Origin: an uncultured Candidatus Binatia bacterium | GTDB taxonomy: Bacteria; Desulfobacterota; Binatia; UBA9968; JAJDTQ01 | Direction: 5' to 3' | Length of the DNA stretch: 64,000 nucleotides | NCBI GenBank assembly: GCA_965215605.1 | Contig: OZ244070.1 | Location: forward strand, 544,001-608,000 | The notes under the pieces: generated by a model | The model's input: the letters and a program-made list of their open reading frames with translations, nothing else | Databases searched by the model: none | What the model was told of the DNA's origin: nothing | Program-made: the position numbers and the translations under genes | Part shown: positions 55,773 to 64,000 of the stretch, in pieces | Position numbering within the stretch: position 1 is the first letter of the stretch | Layout of the letters: the number at the start of each line of letters is the position of its first letter

Positions 55773-56284
55773 GGGAGCAGGCTCTTCACGTCCACGGGCT
55801 GGTCCTCGTTCTCCGACGCCCCTTTTTCCTTGCCGCTGATGGCCAAGCCGGCGACCCGGTAGAAGTTGTAGTCGGGATATTTCCCGGGGCCGTCTATCAG
55901 CAGGTCCTCTTTTTCATAAACCAGGCTCTGCCGGTCGTAGTCGCACAGCTCGAAGTCCGGCGTCAGCTGGATGGCATAGGTGGGGCACGCCTCCTCGCAC
56001 AGCCCGCAGAAGATGCAGCGCGAGAAGTTGATGCGGAAGAATTCCGGATAACGCCGGCCGTCCTCCCGTTCCCCGGCCTGGAGGGCGATGCAGTCCACCG
56101 GGCAGGCGGCGGAGCATAGGTAGCAGCCCACGCAACGCTCGTCGCCGTCCGGATCCCGGGAGAGGATGATCCGGCCCCGGTAACGGGGCGGCAGATATGG
56201 CTTCTCCTCCGGATACTGAACCGTCACGGGCCGCCGGAACAGGTGCAGCAGCACCGTCCAAATGGTTCGTAGCATACTCAACAT
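55769..56284 (-). CDS. nuoI: NADH-quinone oxidoreductase subunit I
   Basis: QYPEE, RYRG, two 4Fe-4S motifs [12 protein letters not shown] and [12 protein letters not shown]. Confidence 0.96.
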   Translation of the reverse strand: MLSMLRTIWTVLLHLFRRPVTVQYPEEKPYLPPRYRGRIILSRDPDGDERCVGCYLCSAACPVDCIALQAGEREDGRRYPEFFRINFSRCIFCGLCEEACPTYAIQLTPDFELCDYDRQSLVYEKEDLLIDGPGKYPDYNFYRVAGLAISGKEKGASENEDQPVDVKSLLP

Positions 56285-56294
56285 CGGCGACTCC

Positions 56295-57251
56295 TCAACT
56301 CTTCAATAGCAGCAGCACTCCCGCGGTCACCACCAGGTTCAGCAGCGACAGCGGCAACAGCACCTTCCAGCCGAAGGCCATCAACTGATCGAACCGTGGC
56401 CGGGGCAGCGCCGCCCGCAGCGTGATGAACACCAGAATGAAGAACAGCATCTTCAGCCCGAACCAAACGATGCCCGGCAGCACCGGACCGTGCCAGCCGC
56501 CAAAGAACAGCGTCACGATCATGGCCGAGATCACGGTCACGCCGACGTACTCGCCGACGAAGAACATGCCGAACTTCATCCCCGAGTACTCGGAGTGGAA
56601 ACCCGCCACCAACTCGGCCTCGGCCTCGGGCAGATCGAAGGGCAGCCGATGGGTCTCGGCCAGCCCCGCGATGAAAAAGATCACGAAGCCGAGGAACTGC
56701 GGCACGATGAACCAAACGTTGCTTTGCGCCTCCACGATCTCCCGCAGGCTGAAGGAGCCGGCCAGCAGCACCACCCCCATGAGCGACAGGCCCATGAAGA
56801 CCTCGTAGCTGACCATTTGGGCCGCGGCCCGGAGCCCCCCCAGCAGGGCGTATTTGTTGTTGGAGGCCCAACCCGCCAGCACCACGCTGTAAACGCCCAT
56901 GGAGGACATGGCGAGGAAGAACAGCAGGCCGATGTTGAGGTCGACGACCCCGATGGTCTCGGTGATGGGTATCACGGCCACGGACATGAGCCCGGTGATG
57001 ACGATGACCGACGGCGCCAGGATGAACACGGCCCGGTCCGCGAACGGCGGCACCCAGTCCTCCTTGGTGAAGATCTTGATCATGTCGGCCAGCACGATGC
57101 CAAGGCCCAACGGCCCCACCCGATTGGGGCCGTAGCGGTCCTGCAACAGCGCCAGGAAGCGCCGCTCCAGCCAGATGAGCAGCGCCGCCAGGATCAGCGG
57201 GGCGTTGAGCACCCCCAGAACCACCAGGATCTGTAAAATCACGTCCTTCAC
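56295..57251 (-). CDS. nuoH: NADH-quinone oxidoreductase subunit H
   Basis: ERR....[48 protein letters not shown]; likely GTG start at 57251. Confidence 0.95.
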   Translation of the reverse strand: MKDVILQILVVLGVLNAPLILAALLIWLERRFLALLQDRYGPNRVGPLGLGIVLADMIKIFTKEDWVPPFADRAVFILAPSVIVITGLMSVAVIPITETIGVVDLNIGLLFFLAMSSMGVYSVVLAGWASNNKYALLGGLRAAAQMVSYEVFMGLSLMGVVLLAGSFSLREIVEAQSNVWFIVPQFLGFVIFFIAGLAETHRLPFDLPEAEAELVAGFHSEYSGMKFGMFFVGEYVGVTVISAMIVTLFFGGWHGPVLPGIVWFGLKMLFFILVFITLRAALPRPRFDQLMAFGWKVLLPLSLLNLVVTAGVLLLLKS

Positions 57252-57252
57252 G

Positions 57253-59952
57253 TCACACCCTGCGGCACGGACTCCATGCTGGCACGTCAACGCCCCGCAC
57301 GCTGCCCACTCCCATGGGCACCCCGAGCACGCCCGCGGTCATGCCGGCCATGAGACGCGCCGGCAACCGATACGCGGCCCCGTCCAGCTCGATCTCCACG
57401 TACTCCCCTTCCTGCACGCCGAGATGCCGCGCATCCACGGGGTTCAGCGCGGCGTACGGCCCGGGGCTCCGCTGGGCCACGGCCGGCGCGGCCGCGCTCA
57501 ATTCGTCCGAACCGAATATGTGATAGAGCGGCACCACCAGGATCTCGCCGTCACGCCGCTCGAACGGCGCCGGCATGTCCGCGGTGTAGGCTCCGTCCCC
57601 GTCGGAGCCGGGCTCCAGCAACCGAACTCCGGGATCACCCCCGGTCAGCGCGCCGCCCACCTCGGACTGGAACTTGTTCAGGGACTGGACCGAGTTCCAC
57701 CCAGGAGCCCAGAACCGCGTGATGAGCGCCGACGGCGGCTGCTGGGGGGAGCCTTCCATGGAAAACGCCAACGGCGAATGCGGATCGCCGGGCGGCTTGG
57801 GCTCGTGAACGGTGATGTCGGCCTGAACGGCGGTGCGGCCGCTGGCCCGCGGCGACTGGCGCGGCACCTTCTCGCCGTTGACCCGGAACGACGCCGCGGG
57901 CAGGCCTCCGGGCAACGGCGCGAACACCGGCACGGCCCGGGCCAGCGCCGCCAGCAGGGCGTCCGGCGAACCGAGGGTGGAAAGCTCGGCGCGGCCGGCT
58001 GCCCGGGCCAGATCATGCAGCCAGCGCCATGCCGGCCTCGTCTCTCCCTGGGGAACGTAGACCTGGTAGAAACGCTGCGCCCGGCCCTCGTTGCTCACCA
58101 CGGTTCCCTCGGCCTCGGTGAACGCTCCGGCCGGCAGCGCCAGCGCGGCTCCCGCTGTGGTGTCATGGGTGGAATGATCCAACGCCACCACGCGCGCCGA
58201 GGCCAGCAGGGCATCCACCGCCGCCCGGGGAGCCCGGCGATAAAGGTCGTTCTCCAACACGACCACCGTGTCCACGTGCCCGTCGGCCACCGTTTGGAAG
58301 GCCTCCGACGTGTTCATGGCATTCAACAGACCCAGGCCGAAACTGTTGCTCTCCGCGGCGGCGAAACACAGGTCCGCGGGCCGTTCCCGCCCCAGCGCCA
58401 TGGCCACCTGCGCGGCCGCGTCGATGACCGCCTCGCTGCCGCTGCCCGATCCGGACATCACCACCGGCCGCTCGGCCGCCCGCAACGCGCCGGCGATGGC
58501 GCCGGCCAGCTCGCTCTCGCCGTCGGACAACCCATCCACCTCCGGAGCGGTCTCGTCCAGCGCCCGGGCCACGGCGAACCCCAGCCGCGCCACGTCGTCG
58601 GGCGCGCCGCGGTAGCTCGTGGCGGCCACCTCGTCCAGCCGGGTCTCGCCGGTGGCGGCGATATACAGCGGGCCCTTGTCCTGCTGCACGACCCCCCGGA
58701 GGGCCGCGTCATCCCACCTCGGGATCCGCAGCCCCATGGCCTGCCTGCGGGGCGCCTGCTTCACCGCCTGGCGCACGGCCAGGGCCAGCAGCGGCGCGGT
58801 CTGGGTCACGTCCTCGCCCAGAATGAAGACGGCGTCCGCGGACTCCACCTCGCGCAACGACGGCGTCCGGACCCGGCCGCCGCGCAGCACCCGCAGCATG
58901 CGGGCCACCAAGTGGTCCTCCCCGGCGGCCATGCCGCTGAAGAAGTTCCTGGCCCCCACCAGGGTGCGGAGCGCGAAGTTGGACTCCAGCGACGCCCTCG
59001 GCGAGCCGATGCCGATGACCCGCGACTCTCGGCCGAGCAGCGAGGCCCCCCGCTCCAGCGCCTCCGCCGCGCTCGCCGGCCGGCTCTCGCCGCCTTCGCC
59101 CAACCGCGGCTGCCGCAAACGCTTGTCGCCGTTGACGAAGTCGTAGCCGAACCGTCCCCGGTCGCACAGAAAGTAACCGTTGACTTCGGCGTTATAGCGG
59201 TTGAGGACGCGGCGAAGCTGGCCGTAGCGCTCGCCCGCGATGGTGTTGCAACCCAGGCTGCAATGGGCGCACACGGAAGGGGCCGTCTGCAGGTCCCATT
59301 TGCGGGTGTAGTGCTCCTTCAGGGTCTTGTCGGTGAAGACCCCGGTGGGGCAGATCTCCACCAGGTTGCCGCTGAACTCGTTCTCCAGGGCGCCGTCCTC
59401 GTGGCGGCCGAAATAGACGTGGTTGTGCGACGCGAACGCGTCCAGATCCTTGCCGCCCGCGTAGTCACGGTAGTAGCGCACGCAGCGGTAGCAGGTGATG
59501 CACCGGTTCATCTCGTGGTTGATGAACGGGCCCAGTTGCTGGTTGGTGAAGGTGCGCTTGCCGAACCGGTAGCCGCGGTAGTTGTGACCGGTCATCACCG
59601 TCATGTCCTGCAGATGGCACTCCCCCCCCTCGTCGCACACCGGGCAGTCGTGGGGGTGGTTGCTCATGAGGAGCTCGATGATGCCGGCGCGGAACTGCGC
59701 CGCGTCCTTGTCGCGGATGGAGAAGCGCGAGCCGTCCATGGCCGGGGTCATGCAGGCCATGACGATGCGGCCGCGCTGGTCGTTCTCGTCCCGGTACTGC
59801 TTGACCGCGCACTGGCGGCAGGCGCCCACCGAGCCCAACGCGGGATGCCAGCAGAAGTACGGCAGGTCCAGGCCCTTGGAGAGGCACTCCTCCAGCAGGT
59901 TCTTGCCGGGGTCGACCTCGTAGGGCCGGTCGTCGACGTAGATGGTAGCCAT
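57253..59952 (-). CDS. nuoG: NADH-quinone oxidoreductase subunit G (long form with N7 motif)
   Basis: Start MATIYVD at 59952; [45 protein letters not shown]...CDRGRFG. Confidence 0.95.
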   Translation of the reverse strand: MATIYVDDRPYEVDPGKNLLEECLSKGLDLPYFCWHPALGSVGACRQCAVKQYRDENDQRGRIVMACMTPAMDGSRFSIRDKDAAQFRAGIIELLMSNHPHDCPVCDEGGECHLQDMTVMTGHNYRGYRFGKRTFTNQQLGPFINHEMNRCITCYRCVRYYRDYAGGKDLDAFASHNHVYFGRHEDGALENEFSGNLVEICPTGVFTDKTLKEHYTRKWDLQTAPSVCAHCSLGCNTIAGERYGQLRRVLNRYNAEVNGYFLCDRGRFGYDFVNGDKRLRQPRLGEGGESRPASAAEALERGASLLGRESRVIGIGSPRASLESNFALRTLVGARNFFSGMAAGEDHLVARMLRVLRGGRVRTPSLREVESADAVFILGEDVTQTAPLLALAVRQAVKQAPRRQAMGLRIPRWDDAALRGVVQQDKGPLYIAATGETRLDEVAATSYRGAPDDVARLGFAVARALDETAPEVDGLSDGESELAGAIAGALRAAERPVVMSGSGSGSEAVIDAAAQVAMALGRERPADLCFAAAESNSFGLGLLNAMNTSEAFQTVADGHVDTVVVLENDLYRRAPRAAVDALLASARVVALDHSTHDTTAGAALALPAGAFTEAEGTVVSNEGRAQRFYQVYVPQGETRPAWRWLHDLARAAGRAELSTLGSPDALLAALARAVPVFAPLPGGLPAASFRVNGEKVPRQSPRASGRTAVQADITVHEPKPPGDPHSPLAFSMEGSPQQPPSALITRFWAPGWNSVQSLNKFQSEVGGALTGGDPGVRLLEPGSDGDGAYTADMPAPFERRDGEILVVPLYHIFGSDELSAAAPAVAQRSPGPYAALNPVDARHLGVQEGEYVEIELDGAAYRLPARLMAGMTAGVLGVPMGVGSVRGVDVPAWSPCRRV

Positions 59953-59957
59953 GGTCG

Positions 59958-61244
59958 TTACGCTGCGTCGCTCTTGGGTATGAGCTTCTCGAAGTCCTCG
60001 CGAAAATACTTGAGCGCGCTCTGCAACGGCTCCATGGCGCCCGGCGCCAACGCGCAGAACGTATTGCCCGGTCCCATCATCCGGGTCTGCATCTCCAGCC
60101 GCTCCAGGTCGCCGGGCCGTCCCCGGCCCTCCAGGAGCCCCTGCAGGATACGGGCGGTCCACGGCAGACCGTCCCGGCACGGCGTGCACCAGCCGCAGGA
60201 CTCCTGGGCGAAGAAGCGCTCGAGGTTGAGCACCATGCCCACCACCGAGGTCTTGTCGTCCAGGACGACCATGAGTCCGGTGCCCAGCCGGCTGCCCGCC
60301 GCCTGCACCGAGCCGTAGTCCATCTTGGTGTCCAGGTGCTCTTCCACCAGGAAGTCGGTGGAGGCGCCGCCCGGGAGGACGCCGCGGAACTGGTAGCCGT
60401 CCCGCATGCCCCGGGCCCGCCGCTCGAGGATCTCCCGGATGGTCGTGCCCAGGGGCAGCTCCCAGGCCCCCGGCCGTTTCACCTTTCCGCTGACGCCGTA
60501 GAGCTTGGTGCCGCCGTCCTCGCTGCGGCTGAGGCCCAGGTACCACTGGGCGCCGTTACGAAGGATCGGAGCGATATTGCACAGGGTCTCGACGTTCTGG
60601 ACGATGGTGGGCTTGCCCCACAGGCCGCTCACCTGGGGAAACGGCGGCTTGGCCCGGGGATTGGCGCGCTTGCCCTCCAGCGCGTTGAGCAGCCCGGTCT
60701 CCTCGCCACACATGTAACGGCCCGCGCTGGTGTGCAGGTCCAGCTCGAAGCCGTAGCCGGAACCGAGGATGTTCTTGCCCAGATAGCCCTTGTCACGGGC
60801 CTCGGCCAGCGCCCGGGTGATGCGTTCCGCCGCCAGCTTGTAGGCCCAGCGGAGGAAGATGTACCCGTTTGTGGCCTGGATCGTGTAGGCCGCCAGGATC
60901 ATCCCCTCGATGAGGAGGTGCGGGTTGCCCTCCAGCAGCATGCGGTCCTTGAAGGTGCCCGGCTCCATCTCGTCGGCGTTGGCCACGAGGTACTTGGGCG
61001 TGGGCGCGTTCTCGCCCATGGGCACGAAGCTCCACTTCTGGCCCGTGGGGAAGCCCGCGCCGCCGCGGCCACGGAGCCTGGAGTCCGTTATCTCCTTCAG
61101 GACGTCCGCCGGAGTCATCTCCTTGATGACCCTGCGGAGCGCCTCGTAGCCGCCGGCCTTCTCGTAGGCCGCAAGATCCAGCACGCCGCCGTCCGACCGG
61201 AGGTCGCCGGTCAAGGGCCTGTCCATGGATGAACCGTTCGCCAT
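59958..61244 (-). CDS. nuoF: NADH-quinone oxidoreductase subunit F
   Basis: RGRGGAGFPTG.KW, NADEMEPGTFKDR, YMCGEETGLL, ESCGWCTPCR, FCALA. Confidence 0.96.
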   Translation of the reverse strand: MANGSSMDRPLTGDLRSDGGVLDLAAYEKAGGYEALRRVIKEMTPADVLKEITDSRLRGRGGAGFPTGQKWSFVPMGENAPTPKYLVANADEMEPGTFKDRMLLEGNPHLLIEGMILAAYTIQATNGYIFLRWAYKLAAERITRALAEARDKGYLGKNILGSGYGFELDLHTSAGRYMCGEETGLLNALEGKRANPRAKPPFPQVSGLWGKPTIVQNVETLCNIAPILRNGAQWYLGLSRSEDGGTKLYGVSGKVKRPGAWELPLGTTIREILERRARGMRDGYQFRGVLPGGASTDFLVEEHLDTKMDYGSVQAAGSRLGTGLMVVLDDKTSVVGMVLNLERFFAQESCGWCTPCRDGLPWTARILQGLLEGRGRPGDLERLEMQTRMMGPGNTFCALAPGAMEPLQSALKYFREDFEKLIPKSDAA

Positions 61245-61253
61245 AGCTCCGCC

Positions 61254-61733
61254 TCAAGCCTCCGGCGTTTGCCGGTAGCGGCCGAGTATCTCGTCCACCT
61301 TCTCGTTGTCGAGGTTGCGGTGAAGGTCGCTTCCCACCATCATGGCGGGGCCGCGGTCGCAGGTGCCCAGGCAGGCCATGGGCAGCAGCGTGAACTTCCC
61401 GTCGGCCGTGGTCTCCCCGAACTCCACGCCGAGACGCGTCTTGAGATGGGCGCAGATCTCCTCGTAACCGAGGATCCAGCAACTCACGCTGTCGCACAGG
61501 AGGATGACATTCTCTCCCACCGGCTTGCGGAAAATCAGATTGTAGAACGTGGCCACGCTGTCCAGCGCCTCCGGGCTCATGTCCAGCAGCCCGGCGACTT
61601 CCTTCACGTGTTCGTCCGACACCCAGCGGTGGCCTTCCTGGACGATCTTCAGCGCTTCCACGCACGCGGCCTGCGGGTAGTCGTAGTGGGCCGCCTCCGC
61701 CCTGATCCTCTCGCGTTCCTGTTCCGTCAGCAT
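61254..61733 (-). CDS. nuoE: NADH-quinone oxidoreductase subunit E
   Basis: VATFY, CDSVSC...CLGTC 2Fe-2S motif. Confidence 0.95.
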   Translation of the reverse strand: MLTEQERERIRAEAAHYDYPQAACVEALKIVQEGHRWVSDEHVKEVAGLLDMSPEALDSVATFYNLIFRKPVGENVILLCDSVSCWILGYEEICAHLKTRLGVEFGETTADGKFTLLPMACLGTCDRGPAMMVGSDLHRNLDNEKVDEILGRYRQTPEA

Positions 61734-61758
61734 GGAAACCTCGCCGTCACGACCCCCG

Positions 61759-63507
61759 TCACCGATCGATGTCCGCCAGCACGAAATCGATGCTCCCCAA
61801 TATCGCCAGCAGGTCCGGCACCATGGTGCCCCGGCTCATGAGCGGAATCATCTGCATGTGGGCGAAGGACGGTGTGCGGATGCGCACCCGGTAGGGGATG
61901 GTGCCGCCGTCGCTCACCAGCCGGTAGCCGTTGTTGCCCTTGGTGGCCTCGATGCCCACGAAGGATTCCCCCGGAGGAATCACCGGACCCCAGCTCACGC
62001 TCAGGAAATGGTTGATGAGCGTCTCGATGTCGTGCATCGTGCGCTCCTTGCGCGGCGGCGTGGTCAGCGGATGATCGGACTTGTAGTGTCCGGGGGGCAT
62101 GTTCTTCAGGCACTGGTCGATGATCCTGAGGCTCTGGCGCATCTCCTCGATGCGCACCACCGCGCGGTCGTAGCAGTCGCCCTGCCGGGCGATGGGGACG
62201 TCAAACTCGAACTGGTCGTAACCCGAGTAGGGCCGCTTCTTGCGGAAGTCCCAGTCGAAGCCGCAGGCCCGGAGCCCGGGGCCGGTCACGCCCCAGTCGA
62301 TGGCCTCTTCCACGGTGTAGGCGCCGATGCCCTGGGTGCGCGCCTTGAAGAGGCGGTTCTGCATCACGATCTTGTCGTATTCCAGGAGCCGGTCCGGCAG
62401 GTAGTCGACGAAGTCGCGCACCATCCCCTGCCAGCCCTTGGGCAGGTCGTGGGCGACGCCGCCGATGCGGAACCAGCTCGGATGCATGCGGCCGCCGCAC
62501 ACCGCCTGGACGATGTCGAAGATCCGCTCCCGGTCGTTGAAGGTGTAGAAGACCGTGGAGAGGGAGCCGACGTCCTGGGCAAAGGTGCCGTACCACACCA
62601 AGTGGCTGGCGATGCGAAAGAACTCGGACATCATCACCCGGATCACCTGGGCGCGGTCGGGCACGTCGATGCCGGCCAACTGCTCCACCGAGAGGACGTA
62701 GGCCAGATTGTTCATGACCCCGCCGAGGTAGTCGATGCGGTCGGTGTAGGGAATGAAGGAGTGCCACGACTGCCGCTCCCCCATCTTCTCCGCGCCACGG
62801 TGGTGGAAGCCGATCTCGGGCAGGCAGTCGACGATCTCCTCGCCATCGAGCTGCAGGATGATGCGGATGACGCCGTGGGTGCCCGGATGCTGCGGTCCCA
62901 CGTTGAGGAACATGAAATCGGTGCCCTCGTGGCTCCGCTTCATGCCCCAGTCCTCGGGACGGAAGCGGAGCGCCTCCTGCTCCCGGTCCTGGCGGTCGTC
63001 GGGAAGCTCGTACGGACCCATCTCCGTGGCCCGGGCCGGATGCTCCTTGCGGAGGGGATGGCCCTCCCAGGTGAGCGGCATGAGGATGCGGCGCAGCGCG
63101 GGATGGCCGTCGAAACGGACCCCGAACATGTCCCACACCTCGCGCTCGTACCAGTTGGCCGAAGGCCAGAGTCCGGTTGCCGTGGGTAGCGAAGAGTCGC
63201 CGTCGGCCAGGCCCACCTTGATGCACAGATCCTCGTTCCGCCCGTAGGAGAGCAGGTGGTAGAGCACGGTGAAATCGCTGTCGGGCTGGCCGTCCCGCTG
63301 CTTGCGGAAGCGTTCGTCGATGGCGGTAAGGTCGTACAGCGTGCCGAAAGGCCGGTCCACCTCGGTCTTGAGAAACTTCAGGACCGCGGGCAGGCGCTCC
63401 CTGGAGGTCCAGAGCGTGGGAAAGTCGCTCCGGGTCTCCTGCGCCGTGAAGGCGCCGGCACCGAAGCGGCCTTCGAGCTCGGTCACCACCGCGGGCGCAT
63501 CACCCAT
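61759..63507 (-). CDS. nuoC: Fused NADH-quinone oxidoreductase subunit C/D
   Basis: NuoC motifs [13 protein letters not shown] and GHPLRK fused to NuoD motifs [32 protein letters not shown]; start at 63507 (ATG) or 63516 (GTG). Confidence 0.95.
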   Translation of the reverse strand: MGDAPAVVTELEGRFGAGAFTAQETRSDFPTLWTSRERLPAVLKFLKTEVDRPFGTLYDLTAIDERFRKQRDGQPDSDFTVLYHLLSYGRNEDLCIKVGLADGDSSLPTATGLWPSANWYEREVWDMFGVRFDGHPALRRILMPLTWEGHPLRKEHPARATEMGPYELPDDRQDREQEALRFRPEDWGMKRSHEGTDFMFLNVGPQHPGTHGVIRIILQLDGEEIVDCLPEIGFHHRGAEKMGERQSWHSFIPYTDRIDYLGGVMNNLAYVLSVEQLAGIDVPDRAQVIRVMMSEFFRIASHLVWYGTFAQDVGSLSTVFYTFNDRERIFDIVQAVCGGRMHPSWFRIGGVAHDLPKGWQGMVRDFVDYLPDRLLEYDKIVMQNRLFKARTQGIGAYTVEEAIDWGVTGPGLRACGFDWDFRKKRPYSGYDQFEFDVPIARQGDCYDRAVVRIEEMRQSLRIIDQCLKNMPPGHYKSDHPLTTPPRKERTMHDIETLINHFLSVSWGPVIPPGESFVGIEATKGNNGYRLVSDGGTIPYRVRIRTPSFAHMQMIPLMSRGTMVPDLLAILGSIDFVLADIDR

Positions 63508-63571
63508 CAGTCGCACCCGCTACCCTTTTCCCGTCGAATGCGGCTCGTGTGGTCCATGGTTGAGAACAGAA

Positions 63572-63616
63572 AATCCTGCGCATCCTTGTCAATGTTTACC
63601 TGGGGCACGACACTAG
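63572..63616 (-). mobile_element. Putative MITE/IS-end remnant (copy C) at the nuoB stop
   Basis: Minus strand CTAGTGTCGTGCC...GATGCGCAGGATT; its TAG is the nuoB stop codon. Confidence 0.45.
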
Positions 63617-63999
63617 ACTTCGTCCGGGGAACGCAGACTGGTGGCGCGGATGCGGTCGGGCCGTTTCACGTCCCGCATGGCCGCCATCGGCGCCTTCTCG
63701 ACGCCCTGGGGCCCCACCATCCAGCTCAGCGGCCGGCGCTCGCTGCCCACGGCCTTCTGCAACAATGTCAACGCTTCCAGGAAGGCCCAGGGACTGGGCG
63801 GACAGCCGGGCACGTACACGTCCACCGGAAGGATCTTGTCCACCCCCTGCACCACGCTGTAGATATCGTACATGCCGCCGGAGTTGGCGCAGGCGCCCAT
63901 GGAGATGACCCAGCGGGGCTCCATCATCTGCTCATACAGCCGCTTCACGATGGGCGCCATCTTGATGAAAGGGGTACCCGCGATGACGATGACGTCGGC
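63613..63999 (-). CDS. nuoB: NADH-quinone oxidoreductase subunit B (5' truncated)
   Basis: [45 protein letters not shown]. Confidence 0.95.
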   Translation of the reverse strand, partial: ADVIVIAGTPFIKMAPIVKRLYEQMMEPRWVISMGACANSGGMYDIYSVVQGVDKILPVDVYVPGCPPSPWAFLEALTLLQKAVGSERRPLSWMVGPQGVEKAPMAAMRDVKRPDRIRATSLRSPDEV

Positions 64000-64000
64000 C

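Noticed and set aside
57175-60318. 1047-aa plus-strand ORF
   Set aside because: Antisense shadow of nuoG/nuoF; Arg/Gly/His-rich with no motifs, typical of high-GC DNA.
57253-60546. 1097-aa NuoG or NuoF-G fusion
   Set aside because: The extension is off-frame within nuoF; NuoG homology begins at 59952.
1-64000. CRISPR array, tRNA/rRNA, intact transposase or prophage
   Set aside because: No regularly spaced repeats, RNA-gene signatures, or integrase, transposase or phage ORFs seen; nearly all sequence is explained by metabolic CDSs.

Overview
GC-rich bacterial window with about 50 protein-coding genes. I found no rRNA, tRNA, CRISPR array or transposase. From left to right: (1) an Fe(III)/polyamine-class ABC transporter followed by a lone xanthine-dehydrogenase-family Mo subunit, an SDR and an ICL/PEP-mutase-family enzyme; (2) an HpaB-like monooxygenase plus PAPS-type sulfotransferase, divergent from an MFS exporter; (3) a region holding 8 intact amidohydrolase-superfamily genes and one relic, class I fumarase, a Cys-less thiolase/DUF35 pair, a GH65 enzyme and three orphan family-5 solute-binding proteins; (4) a fused glycine/sarcosine + sarcosine/dimethylglycine methyltransferase (betaine synthesis) followed by a diverged copy of its second domain; (5) a six-gene minus-strand operon: ThDP enzyme, frc, ADP-forming acyl-CoA ligase, signal-less TAXI-like protein, amidase and aryl-sulfate sulfotransferase-like protein; (6) phzF-like gene; (7) most of an E. 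coli-type nuo operon (nuoB partial, fused nuoCD, nuoE-N). Intergenic DNA holds degenerate GTAG/CGTC-type REP-like repeats, a dispersed ~45-bp element resembling a MITE end, and a candidate pseudoknot upstream of the betaine methyltransferases. The gene content suggests (inference only) an uncultured marine deltaproteobacterium-like organism such as Binatia. The best candidates for undescribed biology are the extended oxalate/formyl-CoA operon and the SDMT duplicate with a remodelled acceptor site. All calls rest on motif recognition by eye; no database searches were run.
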